A DNA stretch of 64,000 nt, taken from the NCBI GenBank assembly GCA_021819135.1, contig JAKASE010000005.1, positions 25,882 through 89,881 on the forward strand, in the 5' to 3' direction. A program made the translations under genes and the position numbers. The notes below the pieces were generated by a model. That model had not been told where the DNA came from, ran no database searches, and saw nothing but the letters and a program-made list of their open reading frames with translations. Source of the DNA: Thermoplasmata archaeon. Lineage in GTDB: Archaea; Thermoplasmatota; Thermoplasmata; Lutacidiplasmatales; UBA184. The first letter of the stretch is position 1, and every line of letters starts with the position of its first letter. Positions 16,877 through 28,717 of this stretch are shown here, one piece after another.

Positions 16877-16941
16877 GCACGGGTCGAAGATCGGACCGCA
16901 GCGGGATCGGTGCCAGTCGGCCCGGACGGGGGGAATGGGTT

Positions 16942-16967
16942 CGGCCCCCCGCCGGGGCGGGGGGTCG
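16942..16967. terminator. GC-rich hairpin downstream of aprA2 (possible terminator or RNA stability element)
   Basis: CCCCCCGC-CGGG-GCGGGGGG stem-loop 25 nt after the aprA2 stop; no clear U-tract. Confidence 0.3.
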
Positions 16968-16992
16968 GCCGGAAGCGCGCTGACCGATCGTT

Positions 16993-18840
16993 CTACGCCG
17001 GCGCGACCGGTACGGTCGGCTTCGCCATGGGCAGGTACTTCACCTTCTCCATGGTCCAGATCCCCGAGACCGGGTCCCGCCGAGAGACGAGGAAGAGCTT
17101 CCAGTTCTTGTCGTCGACCTTCGGGAAGTCGGAGCGGTAGTAGTAGCCGGGCCAGCGCGTCTCCTCCCGGGCCAGCGTGTGGCGGACGACCGCCTCGGCG
17201 GTCCAGACCCGGTGGACGAGCTCCCACGCCCGCGTGAGCTGGTGCAGGTCCTCGGCCCCGAGGTACTCGAGGTCCTCGCGCAGCATCGTCAGGAGCTCGA
17301 GGCCGCGGTTCAATAGGTCCGCGTTGGTCATGTAGTAGGACGTCCAGCCGCCCGCGTACTCGTCCATGATCTTCTCGAGGCGCTTCAGACCCTGGGACGG
17401 GTAGAGGTAGTACGGCGAGACGGTCCCCTGCGTGATGTAGTTGCGGCCGACCTTGTAGTTCTCGAGGGGCTGGAAGATCTGCTCCCCGTACTTGTCGACG
17501 GTCGCGGTGTCGAAGGCGGGGACGTGCAGTTCGTGGTCACGGACGAACCGCACCGCGCTCTTGCCCGCGATACGGCCCTCGGCGAACGAACCCGAGGAGA
17601 ACTTGTGGGCGGCGCCGCCCGCCGCGTCGCCCGCGGCGAAGAGTCCGGTCACCGTCGTCATGTGGTTGTAGCCCCACTGGTACTCCTTCGGCGCGACGTC
17701 CTCGGGGCCGCTCACCCAGGCGCCCGCGTTGACCGCGTGCGAGCCCATGATGTACGGCTCCGTCGGCATGATCTCGTAGCCGCGGGTCGCGGGGTCGTGG
17801 TTCTGGGACGCCCAGAGCCCCGCCTGGCTGATGGTCATGTCGAGGAAGTCCTCCCAGCCGGCCTCGACCTTCTCCGGGGTGTCGAGGACCTTGTCCGTGT
17901 GCATGATGATCGGTCCGCGGCCCTCCTTCAGCTCCTCGATCATGAGGTGGTTCCGCAGGCACGTCGGCATCGGCTTCGCGTCGGCGTAGTCGCCCACGAG
18001 GGGCCGGAGCTTCTCGCGGTTGTTCTCGTAACGCTCGCCGAGACGGTTGGTCGCGTAGGCCTTCAGGTAGAGGAACCACGCCCCGACCGGGCCGTAGCCG
18101 TCCTTGAACCGGGTCGGGATGAGCCGGACCTCCATCTGGGTCATCTTGGCGCCGGCCTGGATCTCGAGCCCGTAGGCGGACCCCGAGCTCCAGGGCGAGT
18201 ACCAGGTACGGCCCCAGCCCTCTCCGACGGACCGGGGTCGGAAGATGTGCGTCCCCCCGCCCGCGGCGAGCACGACCGCCTTCGCCTTGAAGACGAGGAG
18301 CGAGCCGTCCCGCCCGTCGAACCCGATCGCGCCGGCGACCCGGTTCGGGTCGTTCTTGTCCATGAGGAGGTGGGTGATGACCGCGCGGTTCACGACCTCG
18401 CTCGCGGCCTTCCGTCCCGCCTCGGCGACGATCGGCTTGTAGCTCTCGCCGTGGATGAGGATCTGCCAGCGGCCCTCCCGGACGTACTTGCCCGTCTTCT
18501 CGTCCTTGATGATCGGCAGGCCCCACTCCTCCATGAGCCGGACGGAGGGGTCCACGTGGCGGCCGACATCGTAGTTGATGTCCTCTCGGACGAGGCCCAT
18601 CAGGTCGCCCTTCGCGTAGTTCACGAAGTCCTCGACCTTGTTCTCGCCCTCCTCGTAGCCGAGGTAGGTGTTGATCGCCGACAGTCCCTGGGCGACCGCA
18701 CCGCTGCGGTCGATGTGGGCCTTCTCGGCGATGACGATCTTGAGGTCCTTCCCCCAGAAGCGGGCCTCGTAGGCGGCCCCGCACCCCGCCATCCCACCGC
18801 CGACGATCAGGATGTCGGAGTCGACGTGCTTGACGTTCAT
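16993..18840 (-). CDS. aprA: APS reductase alpha subunit, copy 2
   Basis: GGGMAGCGAA, RSGAVAQGLSAINTY, GRWQILIHGESYKP, RFKDGYGPVGAWFL, HKFSSGS, ETRWPGYYYR; 615 aa. Confidence 0.95.
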   Translation of the reverse strand: MNVKHVDSDILIVGGGMAGCGAAYEARFWGKDLKIVIAEKAHIDRSGAVAQGLSAINTYLGYEEGENKVEDFVNYAKGDLMGLVREDINYDVGRHVDPSVRLMEEWGLPIIKDEKTGKYVREGRWQILIHGESYKPIVAEAGRKAASEVVNRAVITHLLMDKNDPNRVAGAIGFDGRDGSLLVFKAKAVVLAAGGGTHIFRPRSVGEGWGRTWYSPWSSGSAYGLEIQAGAKMTQMEVRLIPTRFKDGYGPVGAWFLYLKAYATNRLGERYENNREKLRPLVGDYADAKPMPTCLRNHLMIEELKEGRGPIIMHTDKVLDTPEKVEAGWEDFLDMTISQAGLWASQNHDPATRGYEIMPTEPYIMGSHAVNAGAWVSGPEDVAPKEYQWGYNHMTTVTGLFAAGDAAGGAAHKFSSGSFAEGRIAGKSAVRFVRDHELHVPAFDTATVDKYGEQIFQPLENYKVGRNYITQGTVSPYYLYPSQGLKRLEKIMDEYAGGWTSYYMTNADLLNRGLELLTMLREDLEYLGAEDLHQLTRAWELVHRVWTAEAVVRHTLAREETRWPGYYYRSDFPKVDDKNWKLFLVSRRDPVSGIWTMEKVKYLPMAKPTVPVAPA

Positions 18841-19268
18841 CGGTGGCCTCCCTTCACGGTCCCGAAGTGGGGCCCCTCATGCGCCAGGAGCTCGTTGTTC
18901 AGGGTCGGGTCCTTCAGGGTCGGGCCGGTCGGGACCTTGATCGAGTCCCACGGGGTGGTGCGGATCGCGAAGTCGAACTTCTTGACCGTCTTCTGGTCCC
19001 GATACTTGATCTCCCAGGCGATGCGGTTGGTCTTCTCGTCCCGCAGGACGGTGACCTCCGAGAGCATCGGGGAAATGTCCGCGTAAGGACGGACGCTGAT
19101 CGCGTGCTCGGGGCAGGTCTTCACGCAGGAGAAGCATTCCCAGCACATGTCCGGCTCGAGGTTGTAGGAGAAGTTCGTCTCCTTGTTGACGAACATGATG
19201 TCGCTCGGGCAGATCTCCATGCACTTTCCGTTGTTCTTGCACAGCTTCGGGTTCACGTAGGTTGGCAT
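18837..19268 (-). CDS. aprB: APS reductase beta subunit, copy 2 (first cluster motif CKNNGKC)
   Basis: MPTYVNP start with GGAGGAG RBS, CWECFSCVKTCP, FAIRTT tail; ATGA overlap with aprA2. Confidence 0.92.
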   Translation of the reverse strand: MPTYVNPKLCKNNGKCMEICPSDIMFVNKETNFSYNLEPDMCWECFSCVKTCPEHAISVRPYADISPMLSEVTVLRDEKTNRIAWEIKYRDQKTVKKFDFAIRTTPWDSIKVPTGPTLKDPTLNNELLAHEGPHFGTVKGGHR

Positions 19269-19445
19269 TCGTTCACTCCTCCCGGTGACCGGGAGACCCG
19301 CGGCGAGAGACGCGGGCTCGACCATCCTCCGCCATCATCGGCGCCTCGACCGCGATACCGCCGGGGGCGGCGTCGGTCCAGTGCCGTCGTGCGACGAGGG
19401 TCGACACGGTCGCGTCCTTTCCGCGGGCCGAACCACCGAGTGGCC

Positions 19446-19470
19446 CGTATAAGCAAGGTTTGTGAAACCA
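19446..19470 (-). promoter_or_regulatory. Putative aprBA2 promoter (CTTATA box with GGTTT-N3-AAACC inverted repeat upstream)
   Basis: AT-rich patch; the minus strand reads TGGTTTCACAAACCTTGCTTATAC, implying a leader of about 150 nt. Confidence 0.4.
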
Positions 19471-19525
19471 CTTCCACGGAGGCGGAGCGGCGGCGCCGTC
19501 CCCGGTGCGGGGGCTCGGAATCCGT

Positions 19526-20140
19526 TCAGGCCATGACCGGCCGCGAGAGGCCAGCCGACGCGGTGGGCGCCAGGGCCGCGACCGGGTGGTTCGGCCGCTC
19601 CTTGTGCACCCGGGCGATCGGTATCGGCCGCACCTCCGCGATGCCGGGGATCCGGCGGAGGGAACGGAGGAGGGCCGCGGTCTGGGCGGAAGAGCGGGTG
19701 GAGGCGAGCGCCATCAGCTCCGACGACCCGGCGAGCTGAAACAGGTAGCAAACGCTCGGAACGTCCGCAATCCGTGCGGCGATCCGGTCGAGGCCGTGGC
19801 CGTTCGGGGACGCCGGGACCACGTAGACGACCGTGCACTGGGGAGAGCGCCCGATCGCCGCAAGGCGCTGCACGCTCACGAGCGGTACGAAGCCCTGGAG
19901 CACCCCGAGCCGCTCGAGCCCGCGCACCCGGCTGCTGACCGTCGTCACGCTCGCGCCGACCCGCCGGGCGATCTCGCGGAGGGAGGCCCGGCCGTTGGCC
20001 TGGAGTTCCGAGAGCACCGCCACGTCCAGTCGGTCGAGCGGAGCGGCCGCCGCCGGGTGTCGTCCCCGAGAGACGATCGGTGCCCGACGGCCCTCGGCGG
20101 GGCGGCTGCGCGGGCGGGGCGGGCGAGCCCGAGTCGTCAC
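19526..20140 (-). CDS. Lrp/AsnC-family transcriptional regulator
   Basis: LDRLDVAVLSELQANGRASLREIARRVG..TVSSRVRGLE HTH plus a RAM-like C-terminal domain; GTG 20140 overlaps the upstream TGA. Confidence 0.88.
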   Translation of the reverse strand: MTTRARPPRPRSRPAEGRRAPIVSRGRHPAAAAPLDRLDVAVLSELQANGRASLREIARRVGASVTTVSSRVRGLERLGVLQGFVPLVSVQRLAAIGRSPQCTVVYVVPASPNGHGLDRIAARIADVPSVCYLFQLAGSSELMALASTRSSAQTAALLRSLRRIPGIAEVRPIPIARVHKERPNHPVAALAPTASAGLSRPVMA

Positions 20141-20454
20141 CGGCTCCCTTCCTCCGATCGGTGCTCGCCTTCGTCTTCGACCGCGGCCGCGTAGCCCCTT
20201 CCTTCCCGGTACTCGTGGAACGGGGGCGGAACACCGGTCCGGGCCTCGTGCAAGACCTGCGCCTGGTGGCCGCAGTGTCGGCATGCGAACAGGGCCACCA
20301 TCTCCGAGTCGGCGACCCGACGATACCCCACCTCGCCGCACCTCGGGCAGCGTTCGTCCTCCCGGGACCCGTACTCCAGGACCTTCGCGTTCATGCGGCG
20401 GTCGAACTCCTTGGGATCGATCGGGGTCGGGTCTTGGGATTGATCGGCCGCCAT
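20137..20454 (-). CDS. Small zinc-ribbon protein
   Basis: CPRCG...CRHCG; translationally coupled to the Lrp gene. Confidence 0.7.
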   Translation of the reverse strand: MAADQSQDPTPIDPKEFDRRMNAKVLEYGSREDERCPRCGEVGYRRVADSEMVALFACRHCGHQAQVLHEARTGVPPPFHEYREGRGYAAAVEDEGEHRSEEGSR

Positions 20455-20571
20455 CGCTCGGGGCGGTCCATGCTCCCGGGAGAGATATGAGGTCTCCGAC
20501 CAGGAGGTGCCGGGACGCCGGGACGATAGGGGGACGGTAGGTCGCGGAGGGGGATCCACCCGGGCCTCGGG

Positions 20572-23001
20572 CTAGTCCGGTCGCATCCCCAGGGTCTCCC
20601 CGAGCGCGCGGAACTCCCGGTTCCTCTCGTCGGCCCCCGCCGTTTCCCCTTCCCCGACCGGACCGGGGACCCGGTCCGACCCGTGCGCGAGCTCGTAGTA
20701 GCGGTTCTGCAGGGCGGCGAGATCGACCGGCACGGCGTGGGCCCGGGCGAGCTCGGTGAGCTGGCGGAGCGAGCGGATCGTCGCGATGTCGGTCGGTCCG
20801 TCCCCCATCGTCGCGATCAGCCCTTCGGCGGCCCGGGACCAGGCGTACCCGATCGTCGCGGAATCGACCGAGAGGTTCATGCGGGAGAGCTCGCGCAGAC
20901 GGACCGCCACCTCGGCGACCTCGGGAGGACGGCGTTCCAGCGCCCGACGGACCTGCTCGTTCAGGTAGAACTCCGCCGCCGCCCGCAGCGCCGTAGGCGC
21001 GGAAGCCCCGGAGTCGGCGAGGTTCCTCAGGATCGGCGCGGTGGACTCGTAGATGCGGCGGAAGGACGCCTCGACGCCGTCCCGCACGGAATCGAACAGG
21101 AGGCCGACGATCTTCCGTTGCTCGTCCCGGAAGAGCAGGCGGAGCGTGTAGGTCGCCTCGCCGAAGTTCGCGTCGACCCGGCGGACCGTCTCGGGGATGT
21201 CCCCGCGCTCGAACGCCGCCAGGAGCTCCTCCGAGGTCGTCCGGAACGCCTCCTCGCTCTGGAACGGGCGCACGCCGCCGAAGAGATTGTGCCCGCCGAT
21301 GTAGAGGGCCCCGTACGTGAACCGGGCGGTCTCGAGCGTCACCTCCGAGCGGACATCGACCTTGCCGACCGCGAGCCGCGCGGGGCCGGCGGTCGAGATC
21401 CGGCGGCCGCCCTGGCGGACGGTGTAGCAGTAGATCCGCGCGGTGTCGAGGTACTCCTCGAAGAGCGAGCTCAGCGCGAAGTGCGCGCAGACGTTCCGAA
21501 GGCCGATGCGGCCCGGGCGGACCCGCTGTTCGTAGACCGCACGGCCGTCCCCCATCTCGTCGAGGTTGCTGCGGGCCCGGGCGAGCCGGTCGACGAACGC
21601 CGGCTCGAACGGCTCCCCGAACAGCTCCTCGCCAAGGTGGATCGCGCGGGCCGCGTACCTCAGCCCCTGGACCGTCTCGACCCCGGAGAGCTCGTCGAAG
21701 AACCAGGCGCAGCTCGTGAACATCTGCTCGAGCTGGCGGTCGAGCTCGAGGAGCGAGAGGGCGCGCGTCGTCTCCGGCGGCGAGAGCGCTCGCGTCGCCC
21801 GGCGGGCGACGAACTCCTCCCGTCGCGTGTCCGTGTGGTCGCGGAAGAGCTCGACATAGTCGAGGCGGGCGGCGCGCGGGTCCCGGTAGAGGTCAGCGGC
21901 GGCGCCGTCGAGCCTCGGGCGGAGCTCGTCCCGAAGGGCGGAAAGCGCGTCGCGGAGGGGCCCCCGCCATTCCTGGTTCCACTCCGGATGGAGGCCGGAG
22001 TTGCACCCGCACGCCCCGCGCCATCGCTCGACCCCGTGCGCACAGCTCCACGAGGACGGGGAGTGGATCTCGGCCTCGAAGGTGGGGGGATACCGGTCCA
22101 GGAACTCGGCGTAGTTCGTGAGCGAGAGGTCCGTCCGTTGGGAGAGCTTCTCGAGGGCGAAGGCGAGCGCCATGTCGCCGTGCCGATGATGGTGACCGTA
22201 CGTTTCGCCGTCGGTCGCAACGTGCGAGAGCTGGGGCTCGTCCGGCCGGGCCGGATCGAACGATTCCGAGAGGCGGGAGGCGAGCTCGCTCCCGCTGTGG
22301 AGGAGCCCGTGGAAGGCGATGTCGGAGGAGATCGACCCGTTGTAGAAGAACGCGGCCATCGCGCGCCCGTTCGGGAGGTGCACCTCGTACGGCCGCGTCG
22401 AGGGGATCTCGCCGGGAGGCGGGCCGATCCAATCGGTCGCCCCCCGCGCGCGGTACCGGGTCGCCTGGAACGGGGAGAGGACCGTGAACCGGATCCCCGC
22501 GTCGGCCGCGATCTCGAGGGTCTCGAGATCGACCGCGGTCTCGGGGAACCACATCCCCTCCGGGGCGCGGCCGAACCGGGCCCGGAAGTCGCGGATCCCC
22601 CAGAGGATCTCGGTCTCCTTCTCCCGAGCCGTCGCGAGCGGCAGGATGACGTGGTGGTAGGGTTGGGCGATCGCCGACCCGTGGCCGCCGAACCGGTCGC
22701 GGCTCTCCCCGTCGGCGTCCCGGATCGCGGCGTAGACGTCCGGGGCGTGACGTTCGAGCCACGTCAGGAGCGTGGGGCCGACGTTGAAGCTGATCCGCGC
22801 GTAATTGTTGACGATGCGCACGATCCGCCCGGAGTCGTCGAGCACGCGGGCCCAGGCGTTCGGACGATAGCACTCCTCCGTGATCCGCTCGTTCCAGTCG
22901 TGGAACGGGGCGGCATCGTCCTCGGTCTCGACCTCCTCGAGCCACGGGTTCTCTCGGGGGGGCTGGTAGAAGTGGCCATGGATGGCGACGTACCGGTCCA
23001 T
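20572..23001 (-). CDS. GH57-family glycoside hydrolase with DUF3536 domain
   Basis: IHGHFYQPPRENPW, SFNVGPTL, GMWFPETAVD, ATDGETYGHH, SWSCAHGVERW, MFTSCAWFF. Confidence 0.92.
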   Translation of the reverse strand: MDRYVAIHGHFYQPPRENPWLEEVETEDDAAPFHDWNERITEECYRPNAWARVLDDSGRIVRIVNNYARISFNVGPTLLTWLERHAPDVYAAIRDADGESRDRFGGHGSAIAQPYHHVILPLATAREKETEILWGIRDFRARFGRAPEGMWFPETAVDLETLEIAADAGIRFTVLSPFQATRYRARGATDWIGPPPGEIPSTRPYEVHLPNGRAMAAFFYNGSISSDIAFHGLLHSGSELASRLSESFDPARPDEPQLSHVATDGETYGHHHRHGDMALAFALEKLSQRTDLSLTNYAEFLDRYPPTFEAEIHSPSSWSCAHGVERWRGACGCNSGLHPEWNQEWRGPLRDALSALRDELRPRLDGAAADLYRDPRAARLDYVELFRDHTDTRREEFVARRATRALSPPETTRALSLLELDRQLEQMFTSCAWFFDELSGVETVQGLRYAARAIHLGEELFGEPFEPAFVDRLARARSNLDEMGDGRAVYEQRVRPGRIGLRNVCAHFALSSLFEEYLDTARIYCYTVRQGGRRISTAGPARLAVGKVDVRSEVTLETARFTYGALYIGGHNLFGGVRPFQSEEAFRTTSEELLAAFERGDIPETVRRVDANFGEATYTLRLLFRDEQRKIVGLLFDSVRDGVEASFRRIYESTAPILRNLADSGASAPTALRAAAEFYLNEQVRRALERRPPEVAEVAVRLRELSRMNLSVDSATIGYAWSRAAEGLIATMGDGPTDIATIRSLRQLTELARAHAVPVDLAALQNRYYELAHGSDRVPGPVGEGETAGADERNREFRALGETLGMRPD

Positions 23002-23005
23002 CGGG

Positions 23006-24874
23006 TCAGCCGGACGTACGGCGCGTATACAATAGGAACGACCAGGGCCGTAGCGGGATCGGCCGGGGACGGCCCGGCGCGATCGCCCCGGGCGAACCTC
23101 CGCCCGGTCCCCCCCAGGACCGGGCCGAGGAATCGATCCGGAGCACGAGCGGCTCCGGAACCGGGGGTGGGAGGAACTTCCCCGGCGTCTTCCCGACGCG
23201 GAATACCGCGAACGAGGGGGTCGTGAATCGTGCGCCGCGGTGGATCCACAGCGTCATCGGGTCGTCGGGGTCTCCTCCGACCTCGGCCGGGCGGAGCCGC
23301 TCGGTCGGCACGTACCGGTGCCGGAGCCGCACGAGCGCCCGGTAGAGCTCGAAGAGCGCCCGAGCCCGTCCTCCCCGGGGGATCGACGCCCGTAGGATCG
23401 ACCGGGAGAACGTCGCGGGATCCTGCGGATCCGGCACGGCCCTCCCGCCGGTCCCCGCCGCGAACTCCTCGCGCCGGCCCGCACGGACCGCCCGGACGAC
23501 ACGGCGGTCGCCGTGGCTCGTGAAGTACAGGAACGGGCGGGTCTCGCCGTACTCCTCGCCCATGAACAGCATCGGGACGTACGGCGAGAGCAGGAGAAGG
23601 CCGGCGGCGAGCTTCCGGGCCTCGAACGGGACGAGGCGAGCGAGCCGCTCCCCGAGGGGCCGGTTCCCGACCTGGTCGTGGTTCTGGTCGTAGACCACGA
23701 ACGACGCGGCCGAAAGGGAACCGACCGGTCGTCCATGCCGGCGGCCGCGGTACTTCGAGTACCGTCCGGCGAGCGCGAAGGCGTCGGTGAGCACCCGGCG
23801 GACGTCCGCGGTCCCTTCGAAGTCCTCGAAGTAGCGCTGCCGCTCACCGGTGAGCGCGACGTGGAGCGCATGGTGGAAGTCGTCGTTCCACATCGCGTCG
23901 AACCCCCATCCGCCGTGGCCGACCGGCCGTACGACGCGTGGGTCGTTGAGCGCGCTCTCGGCGATGGTGTATCGTGGGAACGTCCCCTCCCGGCCCACCG
24001 CCCGGACCGTGCCGGTGAGTTCCGAGAGGAACGGCCGCGCCGTCGGGTCGACGATGGCGTGGACCGCGTCGACCCGAAGGCCATCCAGGCGGCCGGTCCG
24101 GAGGAGCCATGCCGCGCTCTCGAGGAAGAACCGTCGGACCTCATCGCTCCCCGCACCGTCCAGGTTCACCGCCGGGCCCCACGGTGTGTGGTTGCGGTCC
24201 GAGAAGTACGGTCCGAACTCCCCGAGGTTGTTTCCCTCAGGCCCGACGTGATTGTACACGACGTCGAGGAGGAGCGCGAACCCGGAGGCGTGACAGGCCT
24301 CCGCGAGCCGCCGCAGACCCTCGATCCCTCCGTAGGTGTTCTGGACCGCGAACGGGAAGACCCCGTCATACCCCCAGTTCCGCCCGCCGGGGAACTGGGC
24401 GACCGGCATGAGCTCGAGAGCGTTCACCCCGAGGCGGGCAAGATACGGAAGGTGTCGCGCGACCCCATCGAAGGTGCCGGGCCGGCCGAACGTCCCGACG
24501 TGGAGCTCGTAGAGGATCTGGCGATCGGGAGCGATCCCCCTCCACGCGCGGTCCTTCCCGCCCGGCTCCGGGGGCCGCACGAGCTCGGAGAGCCCGTGGA
24601 CCCCCTCCGGTTGCGAGCGTGACGCCGGGTCCGGTAGGACCGACCCGCCTTCGAGGCGGTAGCCGTACCGCGTACCGGGGTCCAGTCCCTCCACTTCGAT
24701 CCCCCAGTACCCGTCGCCCAGCGGCTCCGGCACCTGGGCGGGGATTCGCTGCCTGGCCCCCGAACCGGGCGGTCGAAGAACGAGCTGTACCGACTTCGCG
24801 TAGGGGGCCCAGAGAAGGAACCGGGCCGATCCGTCCGGACCGAACGTCGCCCCGAGAGGGTCGTGGCGGTCCGT
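23006..24874 (-). CDS. treZ: Malto-oligosyltrehalose trehalohydrolase (GH13), apparent ACG start
   Basis: PDPASRSQPEGVHG, YELHVGTF, NWGYDG, LRVDAVHAI, WNDDFHH, QNHDQVGNR. The N-terminal LGATF..RFLLWAP lies upstream of the first GTG (24733). Confidence 0.9.
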   Translation of the reverse strand, partial: TDRHDPLGATFGPDGSARFLLWAPYAKSVQLVLRPPGSGARQRIPAQVPEPLGDGYWGIEVEGLDPGTRYGYRLEGGSVLPDPASRSQPEGVHGLSELVRPPEPGGKDRAWRGIAPDRQILYELHVGTFGRPGTFDGVARHLPYLARLGVNALELMPVAQFPGGRNWGYDGVFPFAVQNTYGGIEGLRRLAEACHASGFALLLDVVYNHVGPEGNNLGEFGPYFSDRNHTPWGPAVNLDGAGSDEVRRFFLESAAWLLRTGRLDGLRVDAVHAIVDPTARPFLSELTGTVRAVGREGTFPRYTIAESALNDPRVVRPVGHGGWGFDAMWNDDFHHALHVALTGERQRYFEDFEGTADVRRVLTDAFALAGRYSKYRGRRHGRPVGSLSAASFVVYDQNHDQVGNRPLGERLARLVPFEARKLAAGLLLLSPYVPMLFMGEEYGETRPFLYFTSHGDRRVVRAVRAGRREEFAAGTGGRAVPDPQDPATFSRSILRASIPRGGRARALFELYRALVRLRHRYVPTERLRPAEVGGDPDDPMTLWIHRGARFTTPSFAVFRVGKTPGKFLPPPVPEPLVLRIDSSARSWGGPGGGSPGAIAPGRPRPIPLRPWSFLLYTRRTSG

Positions 24875-24880
24875 GACCGA

Positions 24881-26833
<1,953 letters not shown>

Positions 26834-28717
26834 CGATCATACCTGCGGCGTCGGAGAGCGTCGATGGCACAAAGCAGTTCGCGTGCCCGAGGATCTCGGC
26901 GGAGCGCGGGGAGCGTGCGGCTCCACCGCCGGGAGAACATCGTGGGGCCCGAGCGGCCCGGGGTGTTCTGCGGGCGGGTCTCGCCCCAGAGGTCCTCGAG
27001 GTTCACGAGGAAGATGCGGGCCGGGCTCCGGGCGAGGCGGAGCGTCGCGTGCCGGAACGCCGACATCGCGTCGGGGGTCCCACCGGCGGAGCGCGCCGTG
27101 CGGGGCGTGTGGAACCCGTCGTTCGTACCGGGAGCCCGCGAGCGCCAGAAGTCGGCGAAGGGAACGTGGTCGTGGGTGTTCAGCGAGGCGACACTATCGA
27201 AGGGGATCCGACGACGCGGGCCGGAGCCCGCCCACTCGAGCTGGGCCACGAAGAGCCGGAGAAAGCCGTTCCGCCGCAGCGAGGAGCGCAGACCGGGGGG
27301 CACCGTGCCGAGGTCCTCGCCCACGATCGAGGCGCCCGCCCGGAAGGCCTCCGCGCGAAGGATCGCGTAGAGGTCGCGGGCGGGGGAGCGGACGTACACC
27401 CCCTGCCCCGGGACCCGGCCGGTCGGGATCCAGAACAACCGATGCAGACCGAGGGCGTGGTCGATGCGGAGGAGCCGCGCCACCGAAAGGTGGTGCGCCA
27501 GGGTCTCCGACCAGGGCCGGAACCCTTCTGCACGGAGCGCTCCCGGGCGCCAGGGTTGGAATCCCCAGTCCTGGCCCCCAGGAACCCCGGGGTCGGGCGG
27601 CGAGCCGAGCGTTACCGATGAGGCGAAGAGCGACGGGTCCTCGGCCGCATCGTAGCCGAGGGGGTGGACCCCGAGGGGTAGGTCGAGGTAGAGCTCCACG
27701 CCTCGACGGCGAAGGCGGCGGGCGACCCCGGCGACCTGCTCGCCCGTCAGCCACTGGACGAAGAGATGGTAGCGCTCGCCCCATCGGGGGTCCGGTTCGA
27801 AGGAGGCCCGGTACCGGGCGTACCCATCCACTCCGTCCGTGCGCCGGACGAACCGGCGGAACGCCTCCCGCCGGGACCGGGGGGCCCGGTCGAAGTCGCG
27901 CAGCATCCGCTCGAGCACCGAACGCTTCAGGCGGGCCACGGCCCGGAAGTCCACGTACGTCCGTCGCTCGAGCGCCGCCACCCGCCGGCCGAACGAGGGG
28001 GAGCGGACCCATCGCCGGGCGCGAGCGGACCGGCGGAACTCCGGGGTCCGCCGGGGATCGAGGTACAGCTCGTTCCAGAAGCGGCGGCTCACCGGACGGT
28101 ACGGGCTCGGGTCGAAGGGACGGTCGAGGAACGCCGGAAGCAAGGGGAGCGTGGAGAGCACCGTGGCGCCTCGGGACCCCGCCCACCGTCCGACGCGCTC
28201 GAGCGCGGTGAGATCCCCGCAGCCCCAGGTCCCGACATCCCGGATCGCGTAGACGGGAGCGAACACGCCCCATCCGGCCCGCGGCGGCGCGAGACGGACC
28301 GGGGCGACGACAATCTTCCCGAGGTCCGTGCGGGACCGCCGACGCAGCCGTACTTCGTGGGCTCCCGCCGGCAGGTCACCCGGCAGCTCGATGCGCTCGC
28401 CCCGCCCGACGCGAAGACGCCTCCACGCATGCTGCCCTTCGGGACGAAGCCGAGCCTCGAACACCGGCGGACTCCCCGCCCGAGCGACCCGGACCCGGGC
28501 CGGGACGCCGAGAGGGACCGTCCAGACCCCAACGTACCGGGACCGGGAGGTCGAAGTGGGTCCCTCGAGCTCGCGTTCGGTCCCCGCCTGTTCGTCGGGC
28601 CCGGCCACGGCGCGGAGGATCTCGGCGAGCGTGCGCGGGTCGGCTCTCCGTTCGCGACCCATGAGGTCGCGGTAGACGGTGTGGACCCCGGCCCGCCAGG
28701 CGCGCGCGAGGAGCCGC

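Noticed and set aside
16993-19268. Second aprBA as a simple assembly duplication
   Set aside because: The copies differ throughout at protein level and have different upstream regions. A chimeric join cannot be fully excluded without reads.
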